Shown here: one piece after another, positions 25,728 through 34,914 of the stretch
How positions within the stretch are numbered: the first letter of the stretch is position 1
Layout of the letters: every line of letters begins with the position of its first letter
Made by a program: the position numbers and the translations under genes
Assembly: GCA_017554445.1 (NCBI GenBank)
Contig: JAFZIJ010000077.1
Location: 1,714-65,713, forward strand
Length of the DNA stretch: 64,000 nucleotides
Reading direction: 5' to 3'
Source: Victivallales bacterium
GTDB lineage: Bacteria; Verrucomicrobiota; Lentisphaeria; Oligosphaerales; Oligosphaeraceae
Notes under the pieces: model-generated
What the model saw: only the letters and a program-made list of their open reading frames with translations
Databases searched by the model: none
What the model was told of the DNA's origin: nothing

Positions 25728-27092
25728 ATGCAAAAGATTCAGAGAGGGAATGTAAACGAAAGGGATTTAGACGCTATGCTCAAGTCATTGTTCATATACA
25801 CAGGCCTGTTGTTGCTGGTCACTATCCTGCTGATCAGCATTGGGCTAATCATGATTGCCTCGACAACCACCAATCTTGCCTCGCAATCGTCTGATCTAGC
25901 GGCGAATGCCTCCAGCCTGGCCACGACACCTTCCTCACTGATATCCAATCTCAGAGATATGGTCTACTTCAAAAAACAGTTGATATGGATTGGTGTCGGT
26001 CTTGTCGGAGGAGTCATTATCTCCCGCATCCCGCCAGCGTTTCTCGTTAAATACTCCCACATTTTTCTATTTGTCCTGTGCATAGCCTTGACATATCTTT
26101 TCATTCTACGTTTCATTGACAAGATATGCGGTTCAGCCGTTGCCACGAATTTGCCGTTTTGTCCGTCCGAAGTCGTCAATGGTACGCTACGTGGTGGCAT
26201 CAAAGGCGGATTCCGATGGCTGATCCTCCCCATGGGCGTCCACATTCAACCGTCTGAATTTGTCAAAATCGCCATTCTCCTGTTTCTTGCCTCGTACTAT
26301 GGAACACGGGACGAGGAAACGATTAGTTCATTCTACAAGGGAATCGTGGTACCGATGATTCCGACAGGTTATGCCCTTCTCGCCATCTTTTTGGGAAAGG
26401 ATCTGAGCCAGACAGTCATCACAGCCATGATGGTCGGTGCCATTATGTTCTTGGCAGGTGTTAAGACACGATATCTTACCTTATTATGTTTGTTAGCTGT
26501 CATTGGTGCCGTTTGCCTGGTGATGTCCAGCGACATGCGGCGCGCACGTGTCAAAGGCTGGCTCAAACCGCAGTCGCAGACCGAGCAAGCCCAACTTGAC
26601 CAGACATCCAGATACCAGCTCAAGCTGTCCGAGATGGCTTTGGGCAGCGGAGGGTTGTGGGGCCGAGGCTTCATGAAAAGCATCATGAAGAACAACTATT
26701 TGCCGGAAGCGCATACAGATTTCATTATCGCCATTCTGGGAGAGGAATTCGGGCTAGTTGGCATTCTCGTGGTTATGGTACTTTATGCTTTGTTCATGAT
26801 TAGCCTCTTCGGCATATCCAGATTATGCATTGATCGCGTCAGCATGCTGATTTGCCAAGGCATAGGTGTTCTCATCCCCTTCCAAGCACTCATTAACATT
26901 GGCGTTGTCAGCGGATTCTTCCCCACGACAGGGCTGACCGCCCCCTTCATCAGTTATGGCGGTTCCAGTAGCATCTCCCTTTTGATCTGCATGGGGCTTG
27001 TCAGCAATGTCTGCATCAACAACATGTCCATGCATTCGACTAATGATCAAAAAGCATCCTTCCTGCCCAAAAATCTAAATTTTTCAGAATGA
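25728..27092 (+). CDS. SEDS-family peptidoglycan glycosyltransferase (FtsW/RodA)
   Basis: About 10 TM helices and conserved C-terminal motifs LPEAHTDFI and TGLTAPFISYGGSS. RBS aaggag lies 7 nt before the ATG at 25728. The track start at 25638 is a TTG. Confidence 0.8.
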   Translation: MQKIQRGNVNERDLDAMLKSLFIYTGLLLLVTILLISIGLIMIASTTTNLASQSSDLAANASSLATTPSSLISNLRDMVYFKKQLIWIGVGLVGGVIISRIPPAFLVKYSHIFLFVLCIALTYLFILRFIDKICGSAVATNLPFCPSEVVNGTLRGGIKGGFRWLILPMGVHIQPSEFVKIAILLFLASYYGTRDEETISSFYKGIVVPMIPTGYALLAIFLGKDLSQTVITAMMVGAIMFLAGVKTRYLTLLCLLAVIGAVCLVMSSDMRRARVKGWLKPQSQTEQAQLDQTSRYQLKLSEMALGSGGLWGRGFMKSIMKNNYLPEAHTDFIIAILGEEFGLVGILVVMVLYALFMISLFGISRLCIDRVSMLICQGIGVLIPFQALINIGVVSGFFPTTGLTAPFISYGGSSSISLLICMGLVSNVCINNMSMHSTNDQKASFLPKNLNFSE

Positions 27093-27117
27093 ATGACTAA
27101 CCATACATCAATATACT

Positions 27118-28101
27118 ATGAAATTACTTTTCGATCTATTAAAATGCCACTCCACGCCAGGCGATGAAGATGAAGTTGCCGAAATCCTTCTGAAGACATG
27201 GAAAGCTGCGGGATGGACGACACAGTCTCTTGGAAGATATGCCATCACTGCCGTCCGTGAACCAGACGGCAAATCCGCCGACGCCAAGACAATTCTCATT
27301 TGCGCGCACATGGACTCGCCTGGCTTCATTGTCAAATCCATTAATGACGATGGCACAGCCAACGCCGTCAATATCGGTTATCCGCACTTTGAAGAAGAAA
27401 ATGTCTCCGTCGTCGTCAAACAGGCGGACGGTCTCAAAATCAACGCGACGCTTTCGAGAGGCACGGAGCAACAGGATGCCTATACGCTGTCCGCCGCGTC
27501 GCCGCTCATGCGCGGTGACCGCGTCTGCTACGCCGCCGAACCGTCCGTCCATGACGATATCATTGAATCGCCATTTTTGGACAACCGCCTCGGCTGCTTT
27601 GCACTATGCGAAATCGCCGATTCCATTAAGTCGTCCGCCCTCCGCATCATGCTCACCGCGACGTCTGGAGAGGAATTCACAGGATTTGGAGCCTCCGTTC
27701 TCGCGGCGCATTGCAAACCGGACCTAGTCATCTGTCTTGACGCAACTTACGAAGAAGAACAACAAAATGTGCTGATCGGTCACGGCCCAGTCCTCACGGT
27801 GACGGACAAATCCGTCCTGCTCGGCCAGAAAACCGTCGAATCCATCAAACGGCATTGCGCGGAATGGAACATTCCGCTTCAGACGGAAATCTACAATTTC
27901 AGCGGAACGGACGCCCGCGCCTTCCCGTCGCAAGGCATCATGGCTCCCGTCCTGCCGATTCTCATCCCGACGACTGGCAACCACACGCCGCTTGAAACCG
28001 CCGCCATGACGGACATTGAAAGTCTGAACAAACTTCTCTTCAGGCTTTGTACAGACGAAACATCTATCACCTCGCTTCTGGGCGACATCGCATCCTTCTG
28101 A
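27118..28101 (+). CDS. M42 family metallopeptidase (glutamyl aminopeptidase / FrvX-like)
   Basis: N-terminal LLKCHSTPGDEDEV, metal-ligand regions AHMDSPGF and LDNRLGC, and typical length. Confidence 0.7.
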   Translation: MKLLFDLLKCHSTPGDEDEVAEILLKTWKAAGWTTQSLGRYAITAVREPDGKSADAKTILICAHMDSPGFIVKSINDDGTANAVNIGYPHFEEENVSVVVKQADGLKINATLSRGTEQQDAYTLSAASPLMRGDRVCYAAEPSVHDDIIESPFLDNRLGCFALCEIADSIKSSALRIMLTATSGEEFTGFGASVLAAHCKPDLVICLDATYEEEQQNVLIGHGPVLTVTDKSVLLGQKTVESIKRHCAEWNIPLQTEIYNFSGTDARAFPSQGIMAPVLPILIPTTGNHTPLETAAMTDIESLNKLLFRLCTDETSITSLLGDIASF

Positions 28102-28112
28102 ACCACAACGCC

Positions 28113-28736
28113 ATGCCACAGGAGATTCAGGAAACGGATTTTATTGTCCTGCGGACGACACGCTACGGTGAAGGCAAGCTGATCGTCAACGGTTTGACGC
28201 CGTCAGGCCGTCTGTCATTCATCGCCTTCGGCGCTGTCGGCGGCGGCAAGAAAGGCGGTCTTGACTTCGAGCTCTTCCGCCTCCTCCATGTCTCCTACCA
28301 AGAGACAGACCGCGAATTGCAGAAATGCAGCGAGACCACTGTCATCGCCGACTACGGTGGTCTCGCCCGCCATTTTGACAGCTATTCCGCCGCTTGCTGG
28401 CTCTCGCAATTCAGCCTCGCCAACATGCCGGCAGGCCTTGATTGCCGATATTTTTTCGAATCCGTCCGAATCGCGCTCGAACGTCTGGCGGCCCAATCCG
28501 CCCTGCCCACCGCCATCATCACAGGTGTTGTTCTCGTCTATTTGCGCGAAGGCGGCTGGCTTTCAGACTACGACGATTCGCCGCAGACCGCCCGCCAAAT
28601 CCAAATTCTGTTGGAAATGGCTCTTGGCGGCGATATTCCACGTCTCGCAAAAGACAACTGGGAGCAGCTTCATCAATGGGCACTCGCCCTTCTCCGCATG
28701 AATGATGAATGCATCATGCCCGGCGAACAACGATGA
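28113..28736 (+). CDS. recO: DNA repair protein RecO
   Basis: N-terminal OB-fold pattern DFIVLRTTRYGEGKLIVNGLTPSGRLSFIAFG followed by a helical C-terminal domain. I used the ATG at 28113, because the track start at 28047 is a TTG that overlaps the peptidase gene. Confidence 0.65.
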   Translation: MPQEIQETDFIVLRTTRYGEGKLIVNGLTPSGRLSFIAFGAVGGGKKGGLDFELFRLLHVSYQETDRELQKCSETTVIADYGGLARHFDSYSAACWLSQFSLANMPAGLDCRYFFESVRIALERLAAQSALPTAIITGVVLVYLREGGWLSDYDDSPQTARQIQILLEMALGGDIPRLAKDNWEQLHQWALALLRMNDECIMPGEQR

Positions 28737-28814
28737 CCACCAGAGATGCTCATGCTGATAGCTCATGGCTTCTTCAAATCAGCCGTCGTTATTTGAAAAA
28801 GGCACTTTCCATAT

Positions 28815-28827
28815 TACCTTATATAAT
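28815..28827 (+). promoter_or_regulatory. putative -10-like box TACCTTATATAAT upstream of 28882 CDS
   Basis: Member of the recurring TACCTTATAnnAT motif, 55 nt upstream of the ATG. Confidence 0.3.
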
Positions 28828-28881
28828 TTGCAAATTACATTTTCTCATCGACTTTAGCAAACCTGTCAATCTAGATTCAAC

Positions 28882-30102
28882 ATGGCCAACGTATATCCCT
28901 TCGCATCCGTCTCCGCACTCGGAGAAAACGCCCCACGCGTCGCAACACTTCCCTATGACGTCATGAACCGCGCGGAAGCCGCCAAAATGGCGGCTGGCAA
29001 TCCCGTGAGTTTCCTCCGCGTAACCCGTTCAGAAATCGACCTGCCAGACTCAGTCGATCCTTACGATCCAGCCGTTTATGAAAAAGCCGCTCAAAATTGG
29101 CAGGCTCTTAAATCCTCCGTTCTCACGACGGACAATCGGCCGGCTTTCTACGTCTATTCACTCGTCATGAACGGGCGCCGCCAAACAGGCGTCGTCGCCG
29201 CCGCATCCGTTGACGACTATGACAACAACATCGTCCGCAAACATGAAAAGACACGCAAGGAGAAGGAAGACGATCGTACACGCCACATCACGGCTCTCCG
29301 CGCCCAGACCGGCCCAGTATTCCTAACTTATAAAGACTCCGCCGCCATTGACGACATCGTCGAAAAGACCATGAAGACAGTCCCTATCTTCGATTTCACC
29401 GCCGAAGACGGCATCTCCCATACTGGCTGGCGGGTATCAGATGAACTAACCCTCGCTCTCCAAGGCGCATTCGCGGCTGTGCCGCTACTGTATATTGCGG
29501 ACGGACACCATCGCGCGGCCTCCGCCTCCCGCACTCAGGCCGCCCTCAAGGCGGCCGGAACGAACTCGCCTGAATCCGCCCATTTCCTCTCCGTCATCTT
29601 CCCAGCGGGGCAGTTGAAGATTCTCGCCTACAACCGCGTCGTCTTCGATCTGAACGGTCTCACTGAAGAACAGTTCATGCAAAAAATCACAGCCGCCGTC
29701 GAATCCATTGCCCCATGCGACAACGCCGAACCGTCCGAAGCAGGACAGGCCTGCATGTTCTTCCAAGGTAAATGGTGGCAGATCGTCTTCAAGCCGACCA
29801 CTGAAACAGCCGGCCCTGTTGATAAGCTTGACGTGTCACGTCTGCAGAACGATGTTCTCTCACCCATCCTCGGCATCGACGATCCGCGCACTTCCAAGAA
29901 AATCGACTTCGTCGGCGGCATCCGTGGCACAGCGGAACTCGAAAAACGCGTCCTTTCAGGCGAAGCCAAAGTCGCCTTCTCCATGTATCCCACCAGCCTT
30001 GACCAATTGATGGATATCGCGGATGACAACGCCATCATGCCGCCGAAATCCACATGGTTCGAGCCCAAGCTCCGCGACGGCCTCTTCGTCCACGAAATCT
30101 GA
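28882..30102 (+). CDS. DUF1015 domain-containing protein
   Basis: 406 aa. It has the typical DUF1015 N-terminus (PF...LPYDVM...) and the IADGHHR motif. Confidence 0.65.
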   Translation: MANVYPFASVSALGENAPRVATLPYDVMNRAEAAKMAAGNPVSFLRVTRSEIDLPDSVDPYDPAVYEKAAQNWQALKSSVLTTDNRPAFYVYSLVMNGRRQTGVVAAASVDDYDNNIVRKHEKTRKEKEDDRTRHITALRAQTGPVFLTYKDSAAIDDIVEKTMKTVPIFDFTAEDGISHTGWRVSDELTLALQGAFAAVPLLYIADGHHRAASASRTQAALKAAGTNSPESAHFLSVIFPAGQLKILAYNRVVFDLNGLTEEQFMQKITAAVESIAPCDNAEPSEAGQACMFFQGKWWQIVFKPTTETAGPVDKLDVSRLQNDVLSPILGIDDPRTSKKIDFVGGIRGTAELEKRVLSGEAKVAFSMYPTSLDQLMDIADDNAIMPPKSTWFEPKLRDGLFVHEI

Positions 30103-30126
30103 TTTCCCAACAGAAAAAGGCATCCC

Positions 30127-31392
30127 ATGAAAATCCAAAACGGCCAAATCTATCTGGAAAACGTTCCTGTCACGCTCATTGCGCAAACCTATGGCACACC
30201 CACCTACGTCTATGAGGAAAACCGCATCCGCGACAATTTCCGCCGCGCTCTGAACGCCTTCCGCAAATACTACCCGAACTTCCGTTTCTTCTACGCCATC
30301 AAGGCCAACAACAATCTCGCCGTCGCCAACATCCTCCGTCAGGAAGGCGCGGGAATTGATGCGGCGTCCATCAATGAAATCCTTCTCGCGCAGAAACTTG
30401 GGCTCGGCGGAGACAACGTCATGTTCTCTGGCAACTTCCTGTCGGACGACGATATCCAGCAGGGTCTCAAATCCGGCGTCATCTTCAATCTGGACGACAT
30501 CTCCATTCTTCCGCGCGTTCTCAAATACGGCAAGCCAGAGTTTCTCTCCTTCCGCCTAAACCCCGGCTACGGTGCGTGCGAAGTCGGCGACTTCGTCTGC
30601 AATGGCGGTCCGAACGCCAAATTCGGCGTCCATCCAGACCAGATCATGGATGCCTACCGCATGGCTAAAGAAGCTGGCATCAAGCGTTTCGGAGCCCACA
30701 TGATGCCCGGCTCCTGCATCCGCGATCCCGAATATTTCAAATTCATCACAGGCCTTTTGATGGACAACATCGGAAAGGTCGGCAAAGAGCTTGGCATTGA
30801 TTTCGAGTTCATCGATCTCGGCGGCGGCCTCGGCATCCCCTATAAGCATGAAGACGCCCCGCTGGATATCGACAAAGCCGCACAGCTCGTCGCGGAAATC
30901 TTCACGGAAAAACTCAACGAATACGACCTCAAACCTCCACGGCTCATGATGGAGCCCGCCAGATATTTCGTTGGCGACGCGGGTTACGTCGTCGGAACCG
31001 TCCATTCCATCAAGAATTCCTACAAGCGGATCATCGGCACGGACGTCTCCATGAATACGCTCGCACGCCCCGCCATGTACGGCGCATACCATCATATTTA
31101 TGTCAACGGCCGTGAAGACGAAGCCCGCAAACCAGTCGGCCTCTGCGGACAAGTCTGTGAAAACACGGACTTCTGGGTCAAGGAGCGCATGCTGCCAGAA
31201 GGCATCACGCTCGGCGACATCATCGTTGTGGAGAACGCGGGTGCCTACGGCTACGCCATGAGCTATCAGTACAACGGTCGTCTGAAACCCGCTGAAGTGC
31301 TCGTAAACGGCGACAAGCATTGGCTCATCCGCCAACGCGAAACCATCGAAGATCTAGTCCGTAACGTCACCGTTCCTGACCATCTTAAATAG
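30127..31392 (+). CDS. lysA: diaminopimelate decarboxylase
   Basis: PLP-lysine region FFYAIKANNN, GGGLGIPY, and the C-terminal ENAGAYGYAMSYQYNGR motif of fold-III decarboxylases. Confidence 0.85.
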   Translation: MKIQNGQIYLENVPVTLIAQTYGTPTYVYEENRIRDNFRRALNAFRKYYPNFRFFYAIKANNNLAVANILRQEGAGIDAASINEILLAQKLGLGGDNVMFSGNFLSDDDIQQGLKSGVIFNLDDISILPRVLKYGKPEFLSFRLNPGYGACEVGDFVCNGGPNAKFGVHPDQIMDAYRMAKEAGIKRFGAHMMPGSCIRDPEYFKFITGLLMDNIGKVGKELGIDFEFIDLGGGLGIPYKHEDAPLDIDKAAQLVAEIFTEKLNEYDLKPPRLMMEPARYFVGDAGYVVGTVHSIKNSYKRIIGTDVSMNTLARPAMYGAYHHIYVNGREDEARKPVGLCGQVCENTDFWVKERMLPEGITLGDIIVVENAGAYGYAMSYQYNGRLKPAEVLVNGDKHWLIRQRETIEDLVRNVTVPDHLK

Positions 31393-31566
31393 GAATTTCG
31401 ATGATTTTTCATCTTTCTTTGACAAAATTATAAAATATTAATTCTCTTTTGGCGTTTTTTGATTGACAGACGCGGAACACAAGATGGCGAAAAAGTCAAT
31501 CGGCAGTCCGCGTCTGGGAAAACACACAAGGCTTTCAATCACCCGCAACAAAAAAGGAGATTTAAC

Positions 31567-32160
31567 ATGAAGAAACAACTCGCAGCTCTCATCTTCGCAG
31601 GTTTCGGACTTGTCATCGCACAAGACGCCCCTCAAGCTCCGGCAGACAAACCAGCGCCCCCAAAGAATGAACAAGGCGGCCGCCCCGGTCGTCCCGGCGG
31701 CAACGGCCAGTTCAATCCCGAAAGATTCCAGGCCAACATGATCAAACGCATGGAAGCCCAGGCCGCAGAAATCCTAAAAGAATACGACAAGAACCAAGAC
31801 GGCGCGCTTGACGCAGAAGAAAAGGCAGCCATGGAAAAGGATTTTGAAGAAGTCCTCAAGAAAGCGCGTCTCGCCAACACCTACCAGAGAATCAAAGTCA
31901 TCGACACTGACGGTGACTTGAAGTTCAGCGCCGAAGAAAAGGAAAAAGCTCCGCAGCGTCTCCGCGAAGACATGCAGAACCGCGGCCCGCGCGGCGGCGG
32001 ATTTGGTGGCGGATTCGGCGGCGGATTCGGTGGCCCTGGCTTCGGCGGCGGCCCGCGTGATGGACAAGGCCCCCGCGGCCCGCGCGGCGGCAATGGCCCC
32101 CGTGGCGGTAACGGCCCCCGTGGCAACAACCCGCCCCCGGAACCCCCGCCGGCTGAATAA
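31567..32160 (+). CDS. secreted EF-hand-like protein with Gly/Pro/Arg-rich C-terminal tail
   Basis: RBS aaaaggaga and signal peptide MKKQLAALIFAGFGLVIAQ. Two Ca-loop-like segments, DKNQDGALDAEE and DTDGDLKFSAEE. The tail reads GGGFGGGFGGGFGGPGFGGGPRDGQGPRGPRGGNGPRGGNGPRGNNPPPEPPPAE. Confidence 0.6.
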   Translation: MKKQLAALIFAGFGLVIAQDAPQAPADKPAPPKNEQGGRPGRPGGNGQFNPERFQANMIKRMEAQAAEILKEYDKNQDGALDAEEKAAMEKDFEEVLKKARLANTYQRIKVIDTDGDLKFSAEEKEKAPQRLREDMQNRGPRGGGFGGGFGGGFGGPGFGGGPRDGQGPRGPRGGNGPRGGNGPRGNNPPPEPPPAE

Positions 32161-32186
32161 TATAAATATCTAAAAAAAATTGCTCG

Positions 32187-32219
32187 AAGGGCGTCGTCTC
32201 GCCAAGAGACGGCGCCCTT
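32187..32219 (+). terminator. intrinsic terminator
   Basis: Stem aagggcgtcgtctc / gagacggcgccctt (13 of 14 bp) with a 5-nt loop. An A-run precedes it and T-rich sequence follows. Confidence 0.65.
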
Positions 32220-32235
32220 TATGCGTTTATACTTT

Positions 32236-32248
32236 TACCTTATATTAT
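32236..32248 (+). promoter_or_regulatory. putative -10-like box TACCTTATATTAT upstream of recX
   Basis: Member of the recurring TACCTTATAnnAT motif, 27 nt upstream of the ATG at 32275. Confidence 0.3.
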
Positions 32249-32274
32249 GCCTCCAACACAGCCCTTCCCTTCAC

Positions 32275-32754
32275 ATGTCCTCCGACTCCCTTGAAACTTG
32301 CCGTGAAAAAGCCCTCCACCTCCTGGAGAATAGCCCGCATTCCGTATCGGGCCTCAAAAGGAAGCTCTTCAACGCCGGCAAATTCACCGCACAGGATATC
32401 AAGACCGTCATCGACGATCTGCTGAAGGCCAGGCTGCTTGATGATGCGCAGTTCGCCGAAAACTACATCGACTACCTCAAAACGACCGGCATCGGCCGTT
32501 TCAAGGCTGTCTTCAAGTTGAAAAGCAAAGGCGTTCCGCAACACATCATCCAGGAGGCAATGGAAAAACACTGGGGGACGGAGGAAAACGAAGACGAACG
32601 GGCCGCCGAAGCGGCAAAAATCAAATGGCGTTCGCTAAAAAACAAAAAAGACTGGCCTGAAATCAAAAAACTCCAGGCCATCGCAAGATTTCTCGCCAAC
32701 AGAGGTTTTTCAATGGATATTATCCATTCTGTGGTGAATGAAATAAAAAAATAA
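32275..32754 (+). CDS. recX: recombination regulator RecX
   Basis: Three-repeat helical pattern: ALHLLENSPHSVSGLKRKL, VIDDLLKARLLDDAQFAENYI, and a C-terminal repeat. I used the ATG at 32275, because the upstream ATG at 32221 lies within or next to the terminator. Confidence 0.65.
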   Translation: MSSDSLETCREKALHLLENSPHSVSGLKRKLFNAGKFTAQDIKTVIDDLLKARLLDDAQFAENYIDYLKTTGIGRFKAVFKLKSKGVPQHIIQEAMEKHWGTEENEDERAAEAAKIKWRSLKNKKDWPEIKKLQAIARFLANRGFSMDIIHSVVNEIKK

Positions 32755-32784
32755 AAAAAACAGCATTTTTTTTGCTTTTTTTTA

Positions 32785-32932
32785 TTGACAAGGTGGATTT
32801 TCGTTCTATTTTAAGGGGAAAATCACCTAAAAATGGTGATAAAAACCAATTTTTTCCTAGAAATCTTTCAAGAAAAGGTTTGTTAGGAAGAAATCACCAA
32901 GAGAAGAGAGGGTTTCACCAGACAATGGTGGA
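32785..32932 (+). promoter_or_regulatory. candidate mraZ/dcw promoter (TTGACA-N16-TATTTT) with repeated TCACC/GGTGA operator-like boxes
   Basis: TTGACA at 32785-32790 and TATTTT at 32807-32812. Inverted repeat atcacc-N7-ggtgat at 32822-32840. A second, imperfect one, ttcacc-N7-ggtgga, at 32914-32932. Extra boxes at 32792 (ggtgg) and 32893 (atcacc). Confidence 0.35.
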
Positions 32933-33000
32933 ATTTTGAAATCTTTCACGGATTTCGACATCTCATGCCAGAAAATGCACAAAATCTCAGAGAATTCGTG

Positions 33001-33468
33001 ATGTCCGCCCAAACAACGGTGGACAGTCAGAGGCGTCTTGCCATTCCCAAGGCATGGCGGCTTGAGACGGACACGGAAAAAACGCGCTTCTTTCTGACAT
33101 TGGGGTCGGGGCCATCTCTGGAATTCTACGATTATTCAGAGTTTGAAAGACGTCGGGAACTTGCCATACAGAGAATGGTGGATGTCCATTCAGATATGCT
33201 AGTGACTTCCTCCGCGAGGAATTCAGCTATCATAACTCTCGACAAGCAAGGTCGTTTTGTAGTGCCGCAACATCTGTTGGACATTGCGAAAATCAAAACG
33301 GATGTTTACTGCGAAGGCTCTTTTGCCTGTGGGAGAATCATCGCTTTGGAGATATGGAGCCAGGTCGATCCTGGTCCAGACGCCACCATTGAATTCAACC
33401 ACAGTCTCAACGCCGGAGCCATTGTCTCCGATGCCAAGGTGCTAGTCACATCAACACAAACGAAATGA
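33001..33468 (+). CDS. mraZ: transcriptional regulator MraZ
   Basis: Two SpoVT/AbrB-like repeats with the DxxGR-x3-P pattern: VDSQRRLAIPKAW and LDKQGRFVVPQHL. The ATG at 33001 gives a typical 155 aa. An alternative ATG is at 32965. Confidence 0.75.
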   Translation: MSAQTTVDSQRRLAIPKAWRLETDTEKTRFFLTLGSGPSLEFYDYSEFERRRELAIQRMVDVHSDMLVTSSARNSAIITLDKQGRFVVPQHLLDIAKIKTDVYCEGSFACGRIIALEIWSQVDPGPDATIEFNHSLNAGAIVSDAKVLVTSTQTK

Positions 33469-34403
33469 TTTTTCATCATATCCCCGTTCTTTTTCAACCT
33501 GTTATAAATCTGATCGCCGAACACAGCCCTCGGCGGATCATCGACGCCACCATCGGCGGCGCCGGACACGCCAGAGGACTTCTTGAACGGCTTCCCGAAG
33601 CACAGTTGCTCGGCATTGACCGAGACGATGACGCCATCGCCGCCGCAACAGAAAATCTGGAACCGTTCAAAGACCGCGCCACTGTCCGAAAAGGCGTCTT
33701 TTCAGACATGAAGGCCATCGCCGCCAGCATCGGCTGGGATCATACAGACGCCGTCCTCATGGACATCGGCGTCTCCTCCCACCAGATTGACGACCCTGAA
33801 CGAGGCTTTTCATTCAGAATGGACGGTCCGCTGGACATGAGAATGGATAGCTACTCCACGACGACCGCCGCCACGATCGTCAACACTGCCTCGCAAGAGG
33901 AGCTGGAGACCATTATCAGAGATTTTGGCGAAGAGTTCAAGGCCAAGTTCATAGCCCGAGAAATAGTCAAACGGCGGGAAAAGAAGCCGTTTGAGACAAC
34001 CGGCGAACTCAATGAACTTCTCGAAAAAATCATCGGATTCAAACATCAGCATGGTCTTCCGCCGGCGACCAGAACCTTTCAGGCGTTGCGAATCGCGGTC
34101 AACCACGAACTGGATGAACTCTCCAACGCGTTAAAAAGCGCATTGGAACTTCTATCACCGCACGGCGTTCTCGCCGTCATCACATTCCATTCGCTTGAAG
34201 ACAGAATCGTCAAAAGATTCTTCCAATATGAAGCCGCCACATGTGTCTGCCCGCCGAAAATGCCAATCTGCACATGTGGGAAAAAACAAACTATCGAGAT
34301 CCTCACTCGCAAGCCGATCACGGCTGATGAAGAGGAGCTGAAATCTAACCCACGCGCGGCATGCGCAAAACTACGCGCCGCAATGAAACTGGACATCCAT
34401 TAG
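33465..34403 (+). CDS. rsmH: 16S rRNA (cytosine1402-N4)-methyltransferase RsmH
   Basis: HIPVL N-terminus, DATIGGAGH SAM motif, DIGVSSHQID, and FHSLEDRIVK. A 4-nt ATGA overlap joins it to mraZ. Confidence 0.9.
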   Translation: MIFHHIPVLFQPVINLIAEHSPRRIIDATIGGAGHARGLLERLPEAQLLGIDRDDDAIAAATENLEPFKDRATVRKGVFSDMKAIAASIGWDHTDAVLMDIGVSSHQIDDPERGFSFRMDGPLDMRMDSYSTTTAATIVNTASQEELETIIRDFGEEFKAKFIAREIVKRREKKPFETTGELNELLEKIIGFKHQHGLPPATRTFQALRIAVNHELDELSNALKSALELLSPHGVLAVITFHSLEDRIVKRFFQYEAATCVCPPKMPICTCGKKQTIEILTRKPITADEEELKSNPRAACAKLRAAMKLDIH

Positions 34404-34464
34404 AAAACTGACAAAACTGAGAACGATAACAACAATACATCATTTTTCAGAGGGAGGCAAAGCC

Positions 34465-34863
34465 ATGTCATCTATCTCAAACAAAAACAACACAAACTGG
34501 AACGATATGCTGAACGCCAAATACACCAGCATGGTCGTCTTCCGCACCCTTTCCTTTCTATGTCTCGCCAGTCTCATCGTCGTTCTTGGCTTTTTGTATA
34601 TCAATATCAACAGCCAGAATCGTAAGCTGGACATGCAAAACAACATGTTGTTGGCCGAATATGCCACCCTTGTCGTCGAAAAGCAGAACATTGAAAGCGA
34701 TCTGAAGCAAAAAGGAAACCTACAGCTCCTTCCCAAAGCCCCTGAACTCAATCTCTACAAGGCGACTACTGCTCAGATTTACATTCTAGATGCACCATCG
34801 CCACTTGAATACGTACAAGAAAGCGAAAGCATGAAAGCCCAGCAACAAGTCGCGGAAAAATAA
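34465..34863 (+). CDS. ftsL: FtsL-like cell division protein
   Basis: 132 aa, single TM helix followed by a coiled-coil segment. It sits between rsmH and ftsI. RBS agagggagg. Confidence 0.55.
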   Translation: MSSISNKNNTNWNDMLNAKYTSMVVFRTLSFLCLASLIVVLGFLYININSQNRKLDMQNNMLLAEYATLVVEKQNIESDLKQKGNLQLLPKAPELNLYKATTAQIYILDAPSPLEYVQESESMKAQQQVAEK

Positions 34864-34914
34864 CAAAACATAATCACAACCCATTCAGAACCAACGGGGG
34901 AGGTTGTCCTGAAC

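Noticed and set aside
31881-32129. Pro/Gly/Arg-rich 82-aa antisense ORF
   Set aside because: It mirrors the Gly-rich repeat tail of the + strand EF-hand gene, so the low-complexity repeat DNA is open on both strands.
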